A stretch of 59,708 nucleotides of DNA from Chromera velia (taxonomy: Eukaryota), in assembly GCA_018398765.1 (NCBI GenBank), contig JAHBMJ010000020.1, positions 1 through 59,708 on the forward strand. Reading direction: 5' to 3'. Position 1 is the stretch's first letter; the number at the start of each line of letters is the position of its first letter. Position numbers and translations under genes: made by a program. The notes under the pieces are model-generated. The model ran no database searches. It worked only from the letters and a program-made list of their open reading frames with translations, and was not told the origin of the DNA. Of this stretch, positions 1-11,666 are shown piece after piece.

Positions 1-1
1 C

Positions 2-241
2 GGCGCCCACTGGGTTCTCATCCTAGGGTTTCCAGCCTTGTTTCCCCTTCTTCCTGTGTTGAAGTCGGTTGTGATCATTACAGGCAGGGGAGCGAACAGT
101 CCCGGAGGGGTGCCGCGTCTCCTCCTCGAAATGCGGGCCTTTCTGAGTACTCGGCCTGAGTATAAAAGAAGACTGAAGCTTGAGACGGTACCGAGGAACC
201 CGGGTGCGTTGCGGGTCTGTTGGAGGGGGGAAGACCGATAA
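2..241 (+). CDS. 3' end of an Smr (small MutS-related) domain protein, 5'-partial
   Basis: The frame is open from the window start. It reads VVIITGRGANS...L..EMRAFL...NPGALRV, matching the Smr pattern IITG.G..S ... N.G...V, and stops at 239-241. Confidence 0.7.
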   Translation, partial: GAHWVLILGFPALFPLLPVLKSVVIITGRGANSPGGVPRLLLEMRAFLSTRPEYKRRLKLETVPRNPGALRVCWRGEDR

Positions 242-555
242 GACAGCGATGCAAGGTGGAAAGGAAGAGGGAGAGGGATGAGAATGACCATGGGCCCATG
301 CAGGTCTTCGGATAGGGACTGGGTGGCGCACAGTCGGCATCAATTTGTTATCGCTTCTCTGGACGTTCCTTTGTCACTGCACATTGTCAAGATTACACGA
401 CTCAGTAATAATTAATGTGTTTCTTTCTCTGCCGCTGTTTCCTTTGTCTACACTCTGCCTCTAGGTTAGCACATATCCTTACCAGTGTGTTATTACTGGC
501 AATTTACTAGTACTGCTATACGCACTATATTATTAAAATACACCAGCAAATACTA

Positions 556-840
556 TGTAGGCCGGCTACGAGCGGCGGGCACGCGACGGGCCTGCGGAGT
601 GGTGGCGCCGTGAGGCACGCGTGTGATTTATGTGGCACTGGCCGCTCTGGCGTCATGTAGCAATCTGACGTGGACTGACGTCAGAAAAGCATCAGCCTGC
701 CTTCTAGCGACTGATTGACTAGCTGATTAATCTGTTTGACTGAACGTTGTGTGAACTCTTCTAGGTCAAACTTATATGTCAAGGAACCTCTGAATACACA
801 TCAACGTATTTAGAGTTCTTAGCCCCGTAGAACGCTAACA
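556..840 (+). repeat. Gypsy 5' LTR (285 bp, TG...CA)
   Basis: Direct repeat of 10987-11259, differing by 12 substitutions and one 12-bp indel (counted by eye). Confidence 0.96.
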
Positions 841-843
841 GTG

Positions 844-862
844 TGGTTACCAGAGCAAGGTT
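844..862 (+). other. Primer-binding site, probably for initiator tRNA-Met
   Basis: TGGTTACCAGAGCAAGGTT lies 3 nt after the LTR and resembles the tRNAiMet-type PBS TGGTATCAGAGCCAGGTT. Confidence 0.7.
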
Positions 863-1049
863 CCGAACAGGGATTTCCAACTTTGTTCAGTCTGAATCCC
901 CTGTTGGTTGCAATTGTCTGTCATGGAACAACTTCCCATTCTACTGACATCGGAGCAGGTTGGCAATGCTTTGCACAACCTTCAGCAGGGCATGCTGGCC
1001 TTGCAACAAAACTAGCAGCAGTTCCAGCAGATCCTCGAAGGTGTAGTTA

Positions 1050-1338
1050 TGTTGAGCCGCCATGCCTGAAGTGCCCGCCGCCATGCGCGCCGCCTTATAG
1101 ATAGATGAGCCATGCCGAGCTGCATGCATGCATGTGCATACTTCTTCATGCAATTTGAATTAATTGCAATCAATAGTAGCATGCTCATAAAATGTGATGA
1201 GATGAAACGGCTGAACAATGAAAGGAACGGGAATATGCAATGCATCCCGTCCTTCAGTCTTTCCCTGTAAGAAGATCTTAAGAGACTCTAATGATAAGCT
1301 TCTAGTTGAGAAGATCTAGTGGCTTCTAGGGTCTTTCA
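1050..1338 (+). repeat. Copia 5' LTR
   Basis: Direct repeat of 5381-5669, with 9 substitutions and no indels (counted by eye). Confidence 0.96.
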
Positions 1339-1372
1339 GTCAGTGTGGAAGGGCGATTGACCACGCTCGGGC

Positions 1373-4300
1373 ATGGGACGAGAGATGGCAAGGGGCTCTG
1401 GTTCCTCGAACCTATTTACACCCCTGGCAGAGGACGACTGCGAGTGTGAAGAGGTCCGTTTTCCTTTTACTGATACTGGTTATAGTAAGCATCTGATTGG
1501 TCGTGACATGGATGATTGCATTGTAGACAGTTGGAGAAAGAAAGTGACGTATGAGAAAGCTGAGGGAGATTCTTTTCAGACAGACAGATACGTGCGTGCG
1601 CGTGTCGGTGTTTTGTCTCCAGAGAATGAAATCGAGGAGGTGTACATAGAAGGTGCATACTCGCGTTCGGTTCCTATTTCTCTTTTGTCTGTTCGGGGTC
1701 TCCGTCTGCAGAAAGTTGACAAGCCTTGTTAGGTCGAATTGCGTTCATCAAGAGACGGAAAGAAAGTTAAAGCATTGTTAGAAGAGAGAGACGGTATACA
1801 CGTAATTCGTGCATTTCCTTTTTCTTCTTCTTCTTCTTTTGTTTCTTTTTCTTCTAAACGAGTGAATGAATGTGTCTGCCTGGCAGTCACCGAGGAAGAG
1901 AAGATTTCTTCTGGTGATGATCCCGTCTCCCCCCCGATAGAAAAAGCGATGGCAGGTGAAGAGCAAGCGGGAGCCTCTCAACCCTCCAGATCCGATTCTT
2001 TTTCTCTTGCTCAAGATGGTCAGATGAGCCAGAGAGAATTGAACATGTGGCACTGCCATTTTGGACACTCGACAGGTAAGCGTTTGTATGCGACCCTGAG
2101 AGAAAAAGGAATGGCTCACCGTGTGTGCATGAAGGATTGTATAGAGATGATTGACTGTCGTGAGTGTAGAGAAGTGAATGCAACCATGAGAAGAATTCCA
2201 GCAAGACAAACACCGGGGGGGAGGGCAGAAGAATTCAATGATGTTGTTGTGCATAACCTCTGCATGCTTGCGGGGGGTATGCCAGCCAGTCTCCTTATTG
2301 ATGGAAAAACGAGATTCATGCAGGGAGAGACTCTTTCTCGAAAAAGTCAGGCAAAGAGAGCAATGATCCACTGGACAAGGAAGTGGCAGAGACTTGAGAA
2401 AAGGAAACCAAAGATCGTTAAGACAGACAACGGAGGCGAGTTCGAGAAGGAATATGATTCTTTTTTGCAAAGAGAGGGAGTGCATCATGAGAGAAGACCA
2501 GACTACTGTCCTCAAGTACAGGGACAAGTAGAAACACCAAATAGAATTATAAAGAGACTCTTGAGAAAGACAGTCAGAAAGGCCCGCTTACCCAGATATA
2601 CAGAGAAATGGCTCTTTCTGGGGGTGGTGCAGCAGTTGAATGAAGTTGTGTCGACTGAAACAGGGGAGTCTCCAATGAAGGCAGTTTTTGGAGAAGAGAA
2701 GGCAGAAGAAATTTCTCCGATTGCTGTGGGGGACAGGGTGGTGGTGTATGATCCTCATCCAATCAAGAAGGGGGCAGAGCCTGTACACGGAAAGGAAAGC
2801 ATCTTTGCTTCTGTAGAGAATTCGTCTGTAGTGGTGGTTCTGATAGAAAAGGGGAACGGATGGAAGCCTTTGCGAGTGTATCCTTCACTTGTTTCACTTG
2901 TCAGGTGGTCAGGCATTTCTTTTGTTTCTTCTTCTCCTTCTTCTTCTTCTTCTTCTTTGTCTCCAGATAGACAGGGTTTTGTTTCACAAAAAGATTCTTT
3001 TTCGGATGTGGATGTGGATGAAATGGAGGTTGATTCTGGTGCAGGGAGGCATGCACGTTTCTCTTCTTCTTTCGGCCCTGCATACTTTTTCCCTGATGTT
3101 CCGCGGCGAGCTGCAAAGCAAGCCGAGCAGTACGTTTTGTCTCCCTCGATGGCCAGCGAGGGGGGTGAGGGCGCGAATGCATCAGTTCTTCCTCCTGCCG
3201 CTTCTGCTGGGCAGTCACTTTGGGGCGGCCACCTCGAGATGATTGCACAGCATCAGGGGGGGGAGCTGGACGGGGACACAGAGGGTGTGCAGGGCAGCCA
3301 GGCGAATGGGTCTGGGCAAGGGGGGTCAGATTCCGGTCAGGCCTCTATTCCGAGAAGGAAAGACAGGCGCAGATGTCAGTCGGTGCCTACAGACGGTCAG
3401 TCAGTATGCGAGTCCGCTGTGAGTGGAATTTGGAAGCTGCCGTCTGACGATACATATTTTGTGCAGGAAGATGAAGAAAGGAAGGAAGATGTGCGTTTTG
3501 CACAAAGAAGAGAAGATGAGAATGAAAAGATAGAAGATCTGCAAGAGAGACTAAATGAGTTGAAGCAGAAGCTTGCGCGCGCAATCAAAGAAAAAGAGAA
3601 AGCCCGATGTTCCTTACCCCGTGTCTTGGAGGTCGATAAGGAAGTCGTGGAGAAGATGCTTTCTCACGTGAATCCAAAGAAAGGACACATTGATGCCACT
3701 TCAGAAGAGGTTGCGGAGGGGTCTCACGTTGAAGGACAGAAAGCCGACTTGAATCAATTCATCGAATGTGATGTCTTTCAGCCAGGTGTGCGTCTGCCGA
3801 AAGGAAGAAAAGCCATGAAGTGCAGGTGGGTGCTTACTTGGAAAATGAAGGAAGGGAAAAGAATCGCAAAAGCAAGGCTGGTCGTAAAAGGGTTTCAGGA
3901 CGACCGAAAAGAGTTAGAGACTTTTAGTGGGACGGCAGATTGGTGGGCAGTTCTTTTAGTTCTTTCTTTTGCTTCTTCAAAGGGATGGACGGCTGCAAAG
4001 TTGGACGTCCGCACTGCTTTTCTGACTGCTCCCATTTCTGACTCTGTTTTTATCTAACTTCCCTCTTCTCTCCCTCCTGATTGTCCCAAATGGATGAAGC
4101 CAGGTGCCGTCTTGAAATTGAAAAAAGCAATGTACGGCCTTGCAGACAGTCCCCGTCTCTTCTCTCTCTCCTTTAAGAAGATAGCAAAGGAATTGGGGTA
4201 GGAGGAGATAAAAGAAAGCATTTTCGTTCACAGAGGCGGGGAGGGGAGTGAAGTGAAGGCCATGTTAGTTAGGCATGTCGATGATCTTCTTCTTTTTGCT

Positions 4301-5329
4301 GAAGATCCTCTTTCTTTCTTTTCTCCTCTTCAAGAAAAACTGAAAATGGATGAGCCTGAGGTGTTGAAAGAAGGAGAGACAATGAGTTACATAGGCATGC
4401 AACTAAAGAAAACAAAGGAAGGTTTTGAAATGAGTCAGGAAGAGTATTTTGAGTCCGTTGAAGTGGAAGAGAGCAAACTGAAGGGGAGGAAGATCAGACC
4501 AGACCTTTTAGACCCTCCAACAGAAGAAGAGATTAAAGAAGAATATGTGCCCCTCATGCAGAAGATCATGGGGGTGACTGGGTGGGCAGTAAGGACACAG
4601 CCAGACATTTCTTTTCTTTTTGGTGAGTTGAGTCGTTAGTCGACCAAGCCGTCTGCAAAGAAGGTAGAAGGTGGTTTGCGTTTGTTGAATCATACGAAGC
4701 AAAGGAAGACCTCTCTTGTTTTTACCGCAGTCAAGGACCCCAAGATGGTTGTTTTCCATGATGGGTCTTATTCTCTCCAGAAGTGTGAAGGGCGATGGGG
4801 AAACGAAGCTTACCTTGTAGATCAGACAGAACAAGTAGACAGAGAAAGGATTCATGCTTTAAGAAAGAGTAACCTTTTTGCGTGGAAGAGTGCGAGAGTG
4901 AAGCGAAAGCTGATTTTGAGCACTTCGTTGGAGACAGTTGCATCTGCAGAGAGCGTGAAGAAAGCTTTTGCTTGGAAGGATCTGGCAGAGGCGCTTTGGT
5001 GTAAGAAAGTGCCGATTGAATTCGTGACGGATTCCGGGCCGTTGATGGATCAGCTAAAGTCTGGACAGGCAAAGGCAGAGCCCGTTATGAATGGTCTTCT
5101 TGCTTATGTCAGGTAGAAATTGCGTCGTCTGCGTTCCCGTGTGTACTGGTACAGGACTAGTGACATGAGGGCAGATAGACAGACCAAGCTCATGTTAGAG
5201 CACTGCAATAGTAACGTTCCTTCCACTGCGAGAGTTGTAAAAAAAGAGCAAGCAGGAGCACGTGTTAAGAAGATTGACTTTGCAAAGCGATTGAGCATGT
5301 GCATGAGAGTCAGTCGGCGTTGTGGGTAA
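1373..5329 (+). pseudogene. pol: Copia pol (protease, integrase, RT, RNase H) with 5 in-frame stops
   Basis: Protease DTGYSKHL. Integrase WHCHFGH...C..C, TDNGGEF and QGQVE. RT CRWV, KARLVVKGF, DVRTAFL, KKAMYGL and HVDDLL. RNase H FHDGS, TDS and MRAD. All ORF pieces are in one frame. Confidence 0.95.
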
Positions 5330-5380
5330 ACAGACGGCTCTGTATTTGTTCTTTCGTCTGTGCCTCAGTCAGGGGGTGAT

Positions 5381-5669
5381 TGTTGAGCCACCATGCCTGA
5401 AGTGCCCGCCGCCATGCACGCCGCCTTATAGATGGATGAGCCATGCCGAGCTGCATGCATGCATGTGCATGCTTCTTCATGCAATTTGAATTAATTGCAA
5501 TCAATAGTAGTATGCTCATAAAATGTGATGAGATGAAACGGCTGAACAATGAAAAGAACGGGAATATGCAATGCATCCTGTCTTTCAGTCTTTCCCTGTA
5601 AGAAGATCTTAAGAGACTCTAATGATAAGCTTCTAGTTGAGAAGATCTAGTGGCTTCGAGGGTCTTTCA
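5381..5669 (+). repeat. Copia 3' LTR
   Basis: Direct repeat of 1050-1338, preceded by a PPT and followed by the TSD. Confidence 0.96.
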
Positions 5670-6705
5670 AGTTACAGCTCAAACCAATGCTGCTACACCA
5701 CCTGTATTCCCTACAGAAGAAGGTGCACTTCCCTCTGCTGCACCTCAGGGCCCTGAAGTTGAAGAATGCAAGCAGGTGCCTCGCATCACTCTGGTGAAGC
5801 CGGAGACGTTTACTGGACGTCGCGACTAAACAGAGAGGTTCATCACGGACACAGATGATTACTTCACCAACGCCTAAGTCCCTTGTCATCGTCAATTGGG
5901 AATCGCCAAGACTTTTCTGTCTACACCCCTGAGGAACTGGTTTGACTTGAGGGTGAAGCGTAGACAGGGTTTTGCAGATTGGCCAGCACTGCGTGAAGTG
6001 CTGAGAGGGAGGTACAAGGAGAAACATGAGAGAAGGAAGGCGAGGAGGGAGGTTCTCACCCTCATGTGCACAAGGTCCGTCACCGACTACAACAAGGAGT
6101 TCTCCACACTCGCTCTGAAGATCCCAGGAGCGAATAAGTTGGATTTGGTTGATGACTACATCAAGGGATTGCCTCCTGTCATCAAGTACGAGACGGACCG
6201 AGCGGAACCCATCACTTTGGAGGAAGCGATGGAGAAGGCCCTTGACAATGAGCTCTGGCTGCAGGATATTAACTCTCGCAAGGGCCACTGGAGTCAGAGA
6301 AACACGCACACGCCTGCAGCGTTAGACCCGATTGACCCAACAGAACCAGCGCCAATAGAATTGTGTAGGTTTGGTGCTCCTCGGAGGCCTACGGGGTTGC
6401 CACCACGTCACCCTGCAATTCCGTAGGTTATGTGGGACAACAGACAGAGACTGCACCGTTGTTTGCTGTGTGAAAAGCTGGACCATCAAGTCAGGCAGTA
6501 TGGCAATGGACTCCAGTTGCCCCCACACATGTGAGCCATTGAGACGTCCCAAACAAGACCTTTTCAGCCTTCCTCACGGATGCAAGGCTACCCCTGGCAG
6601 CCTTCCCTTCCCTTCCCGTCTCTGTATCCTTTCGGCGATCAGGGTGCCCAGTCTTGGGGAGGGAGAGGCAGGTCTGGTCGATAAGGTGACAGCCCAAGTT
6701 TACTG

Positions 6706-9700
6706 ATGTCACCTGGCAGAGGTTTCGGCTCAGGCAGAAGGGGGCGTACGCAATCTCCGTCCTTTGGTGGATCGCCTCAGCCACGTTACAGTGGATCTCT
6801 AGCACGCAAGGCGGGATCAAAGAGGATTACCGGGGTGAGGACAATCCAAAACCGAAGCGAGAATAACGACGTTGTGGTCGAAGGAGACCAAGCGGTACGT
6901 AGTATGGTTGAAGAAAAAGAAAGACAGAGAAGAAAGGAAGGATCGTGTAAGACAGATAATGAGGATGAGGATGATTCGTTTGAGACTGGTTTTGTCTATC
7001 ATGGCATAGTCGTGGGTGCTCCAGTCAGAGTCTTGTATAACATTGGAGCCGATGATATTTTCATCGATAACAAGTTTGCACATCATCGGCAGTTGCATAT
7101 TCGCAGGTTTGGTATTCCCCTTAACTGCCGGGTCGTCGTGAAGGAGCCGAAGAGACGAGAGGTCAGTGAGTATGCACCTGCTGTACCCCTTCGAATTCAG
7201 GGGTATCAGGAGACAGTCGGTGCATTACTTGCTAATCTTGATGGCTACGACATCATTCTTGGATGGAAGTGGAGTGATGTTCACCAACTTGAACTTAGTC
7301 ACTGGTCTCGTTCCCTTTGCTTTTTCTTCAACAGCAAGGAAGTGAATCTTCGGAGGGGTGCGTATATAGAAAATAGACCTTACCCTCCCATTATGTCGCA
7401 TCTGCAGGCCAAGCGAGCAATCAAAAAGGGTGCCGTCTATCATATTGTGCGTCTGGAGACAGCACATCGGCCTGTCTGTGACCTTGAATGTTCTGCTCAT
7501 GCAACTGAAGTCAGTAAGGGAAAAGGAAAGAGGAGAATGAATGATGGGGGGATTTTGGGTTCTGATTTTCTCTCTTCTCTCCCGTCCGATCATCCTGCTC
7601 GGTCGGCCCCTGACTTGTCAGATGTGCATAAATTTCTCTCTCGACCAGATGCTGAAGTTTCACCTGATGTGAAGGAAATTGTGGCTGATCATGCGATTCT
7701 TTTTCCTGATCAGTTGAAGGAATTGCCTCCCTCGAGGGGACTTGATTTGGATTTCAAGATTGAACTCAAACTAGGTCACTCTCCTCCCACCCGCCCGCCC
7801 TATCGTTTGTCGATCGGAGAACTGGATAAATTGAGAAGACAGATAGACGTATACATCGAGCAGGGATTCATCCGGCTGTCTGTATCTCTGTATGCTGCTC
7901 CGATCGTGTTTGTCTAGAAGAAGGACGGAACCATGTGTATGTGTTGTGACTACACAGACCTGAACAAAATCATGATCAAAGATAAATATTCTCTTCCTCA
8001 CCCTCAGGATTTGATTGATCGACTGCATGGTGCCCGTTACTTCACAACACTTGACCTCCATCAGTATTACCATCAAATATGTATGAGGGAGGAAGACATT
8101 CCAAAGACTGCTTTCACTACTCGATATGGCTCTTTTGAATGGTTGGTCGTCTCTTTTAGTTTGACAAATGCACCACCGCATGGAATGAGAGTGATTCAAT
8201 ATGTTCTTTGTTCGTGTCTCAATCGTTTTGTGTCTGTTTTTCTGGATGACATTCTCATTTACTCACGCAGTGCCACAAGAAAAGAACATAAAAAGCATAT
8301 CTGGACTGTACTCAGATTGCTGGGTGAGGCAAAGCTGTATGCAAAGCTCTCAAAGTGCCATTTCATGCAGACTGAGGTCGTCTTTCTGGGACTGAAGATT
8401 TCGTGAACGGGAGTGAGGCCGGAGAAAAGCAAGACAGAGGAAGTGAGTAAGTGGCCCACTCCAAAGAGCAAGAACGATATGCTTTCTTTCCTTGGTTTTG
8501 CAAACTGGGTGAGACGCTTTGTGCCTCGCTTTAGTGAAAAAGCAGGTCCTCTGTATGCGTTGCTGAAAGGGAACAAAGCGTTTAAATGGGGGAAAAAAGA
8601 GGAAAAGAGCATTGAGGCAGTGAAAGAGGCAGTGAGAAACACTGTCGAACTGTATATTCCTGACCCTGCGCGTCCGTTTGAAATTTTTATAGATGCGTGT
8701 GAATCGACAGAGACGCTCGCTGCTGCACTCATGCAGGAAGACCCTGAGACTAGGTGGCTGTGTCCATGCGCTTTCGCCTCTCAAAAAATAACGCAGGCAG
8801 AGTTAGAGTACCCAATTAAAGATAAAAAATTCCTCTCGTGTGTGTTTGCAGTGAAGACGTGGAGGCCGTACATGAGTTATACAACAAAGGTGTGGTCGGA
8901 TCATGAGTCTCTCAAGTATATGAATGTGTCTGCTGATCGCACCTTGATGTCTCCACGTATGCACAGGTTTGTCTCGACTTTCGACGAGCTGGGGATCACT
9001 CCGAGATACATGCCTGGCGCCCGCAATCATGTGGCGGATGCGCTGAGCCGTCGTCTTGGACGCCCTCAGACGTCGACGCCAGCAGAAGAGAAAGAAAGAA
9101 AAAAAGTCTGTCAGTTTTTGTTGTTGGAATTAAGAGTGCAGCCAGATGAGGAGTTGTTGGGTAGAATAAGGAAAGGGTATGATGAAGAGAAATTTTGGAC
9201 AGAAGTGAAAGAAGTGCTCGAGCATCTTAAGATAGGAGTGCTTCAACACTTGCAGCTGATTGTCTCACATTTTCAGATAGAGAACGGACTACTTTATTTC
9301 AATGACAGGTTGGCCATCCCAACAGAGAGACTACAAAGAAATCTTATTTATGAGCATTATAACACAGCCGCTGGTGGTCATTTGGGAGCAGAAAAGACCT
9401 ATTTGAAGTTGGTAGGAAACTTCTACTGGCCGCATATGTATGCATCTGTTGTACAGTATGTGAGAAAGTGTGATGCATGTCAGCGATCAAAGAGGCCGAC
9501 TGAGAAGCCATATGGACTGTTGCAACCTCTCTCTATTCCTGAATTTTCTTTTCAATTGATTTCTCTTGACTTTGTGTTTGGACTTTCGAGCGTGACGTTC
9601 AGGGAGGAATCGGTGGATGGAATTCTCTCTGTGGTTGACCATCTGTCCAAAACTCTCTTCTTTGCTGTAGTCTCCTCAGAGATCACGGCTAAGGGGACAG

Positions 9701-10617
9701 CAGAAGTCGTGTATGAGTGAGTGATGTGTGAACACGGTATGCCTCAGTCAATGGTCAGTGATCGTGACCCTCGTTTTCTTTCTGCATTCTGGAAAGAACT
9801 CGCTCGTCTATGGGGAACGAAACTGAATATGAGCACCAGAGGACACCTACAGTCAGATGGCCAGATAGAAAGAGACAACCAGACTATCGAACATTGTCAA
9901 ATGTTGTGCTGTTTTGTGAATGAGCACCAGACTGACTGGCCGAAGTGGTTATCTTCTTGCCAGTTTGCATATCGTGATTCTGTTCATCCTACCACAGGCA
10001 TGTCTCCTTTTTGTTTCTTATATGGACATGACTCTATTTGCCTGCCTTCTGTCTCTATGCACTTTAAGTCATTCTATCCGCCAGCAGCAGACTTTGCAGA
10101 CCGCAGAGAGGCAGAAATCATGAGAGCAAAGGAACGACTCAAGCAAGCAAGAGAATAAGCAGCTCGACAGGTAGATCTACACCGACAGGAAGTTTCGTTT
10201 GCCCCAGGGGACTTTTTGCTTATATGTAATGCATACTTCAAGGGAAGCAAAAAGCCATGTGAGAAGCTTGAGCCTGTGTTTTACGGACCCTTTGAGGTAG
10301 AAAAGAAAGTGGGAAGCAATGCGTACGAGCTAATTTTCCCTGCAGGGGTGAGGGGTCACAATGTGATCAATGTGTCCTACCTGAAGAAGTATGAGAGAGG
10401 AAAGGACGATCCGCCACCTGCCATTTGGTTACCTGCCTCAGAAGAGGTAGAGTATGACGTGGGAGAGATCCTTGATCACAGGAAGATAAATAAGCAGGCA
10501 CACTATCTAGTATGGTAGAAAGGAGAGAGTAAAGAGAATGCATCGTGGGAGCCTGCTGTGAATCTGACACATGCAAAGGAAGCACTACATGCATTTAAGG
10601 AGAAGAGAAGACAATAA
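6706..10617 (+). pseudogene. pol: Gypsy pol (PR, RT, RNase H, integrase, C-terminal chromodomain), in frame with gag, with nonsense stops
   Basis: Decayed protease LYNIGA. RT LDLHQYYHQI and FLDDILIYS. RNase H FIDAC...SDHESL...NHVADALSR. Integrase H..GGHLG..C..C, SLDFV, SDRDPRF, DGQIER and YGPF. Chromodomain EYDVGEILDHR...YLVW*KG...SWEP. Confidence 0.95.
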
Positions 10618-10986
10618 GAAAGAGAGAAGCAAGCAACAGGCAGGTGTAGGTGACAGTTGAGGAGTAGAGAGATAAATTCTATTTGGGCACAAATGATAGG
10701 TTTATGGAGTGGAATGCATGCATGTGAGTTCTGGAGAGATGAAGAGGATTAAAGAAAAGAAATGAGTCAGTTGTACATCTTCCTTGATGCAGGGTAGCAT
10801 GTACATGGTCGGGCTCAGCATTCCAACTTCTGTCTTCACTCATGGTTCGTTCGTGTGTGCACGTCCGTCGGCGTCCGTGTTAATTTGTATTGCCTACTTG
10901 TGTATATACCTTGCAGAGTTTGTGTGTCCGCGTTTGTCTGAAAAATTGGAACCGAGCGTGGTCGTCGGTTTTGAGCAGCGGGCAAG

Positions 10987-11259
10987 TATAGGCCAGCTAT
11001 GAGCGGCGGGCACGCGACGGGCCTGCGGAGTGGCAGCGCCGTGAGGCATGCGTATGATTTATGTGGCACTAGCTGCTCTGGCGTCATGTAGCAATCTGAC
11101 GTGGACTGACGTCAGAAAAGCATCAGCCTGCCTTCTAGCGACTGATTAATCTGTTTGAATGAACGTTGTGTGAACTCTTCTAGGTCAAACTTATATGTCA
11201 AGGAACCTCTGAATGCACATCAACATATTTAGAGTTCTTAGCCCCGTAGAACGCTAACA
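10987..11259 (+). repeat. Gypsy 3' LTR (273 bp, terminal TG mutated to TA)
   Basis: Direct repeat of 556-840, followed by TSD TACTA. Confidence 0.96.
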
Positions 11260-11460
11260 TACTACTACTAGTAGTAGTAGACTAGTAGTACTATGTGTGT
11301 GAAATATAATAATCAACTCAAATATTTCTCTAGATATTTCTAACTCCGATTCATATTATAATTAACTTATGTTTTGTTACAAACTTTTGTGCGATTGAGT
11401 TAAAAGCTAGTGACCGTAACAATCGACTGTCCAGTCGACCGTGTGGGGGGGGTAACCTCT

Positions 11461-11666
11461 CTAGGCGCCGCACATAGAAAAAAAAATTAAAAGAAAAAAG
11501 AAAGTTGGGAAGGCCTTTTTTTTTTTTATTTCAAGTGCCTCCAAAAGGAAAGGAATCACTTTCAACTCTGAAACTTACTTTTCCACACAAAATGTGAACC
11601 TAACTTTTGACCTAAAAAAAAAAAAAGTGAGGACACCTAATTTTTTTTTTAATGTGCGGCGCTTAG
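11461..11666. mobile_element. MITE-like non-autonomous TIR element with an 8-bp TSD
   Basis: TIRs CTAGGCGCCGCACAT and ATGTGCGGCGCTTAG, with A/T tracts inside. TSD TAACCTCT at 11453-11460 and 11667-11674. Confidence 0.8.

Larger units (their letters stand above)
1050..5669 (+). mobile_element. Ty1/Copia LTR retrotransposon nested in the Gypsy gag, lacking gag
   Basis: 289-bp LTRs at 1050-1338 and 5381-5669 (TG...CA). TSD AGTTA at 1045-1049 and 5670-5674. PPT-like AGGGGGTGAT at 5371-5380. Domain order is PR-INT-RT-RH. Confidence 0.97.
923..6705 (+). pseudogene. gag: Gypsy gag, split by the Copia insertion (923-1049 joined to 5675-6705)
   Basis: Removing the Copia and one TSD copy restores one frame: MEQLPILL...ILEGVV|TAQTN...KPETFTGRRD*TERF...NWF...YNKEF...YIKGL. 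A decayed zinc knuckle CLLCEKLDHQVRQY follows. Several in-frame stops. Confidence 0.88.
556..11259 (+). mobile_element. Ty3/Gypsy LTR retrotransposon (chromovirus), full-length and inactivated, with a nested Copia
   Basis: LTRs at 556-840 and 10987-11259. 5-bp TSD TACTA at 551-555 and 11260-11264. PBS follows the 5' LTR. Domain order is gag-PR-RT-RH-INT-chromodomain. Confidence 0.97.

Noticed and set aside
1778..2527. Antisense ORFs over the retroelement and gene exons (e.g. 1778-2527, 5647-6309, 23223-23948)
   Set aside because: They are shadow ORFs of sense-strand coding sequence with no recognisable motifs.
923..10617. Alternative genetic code (TAA/TAG read as Gln, as in ciliates) explaining the in-frame stops of both retroelements
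   Set aside because: Host genes appear to end in TAA (241, 14197, 56387, 57646), some TAGs replace conserved Trp, three stops are TGA, and catalytic residues are also decayed. Mutation explains the pattern better.
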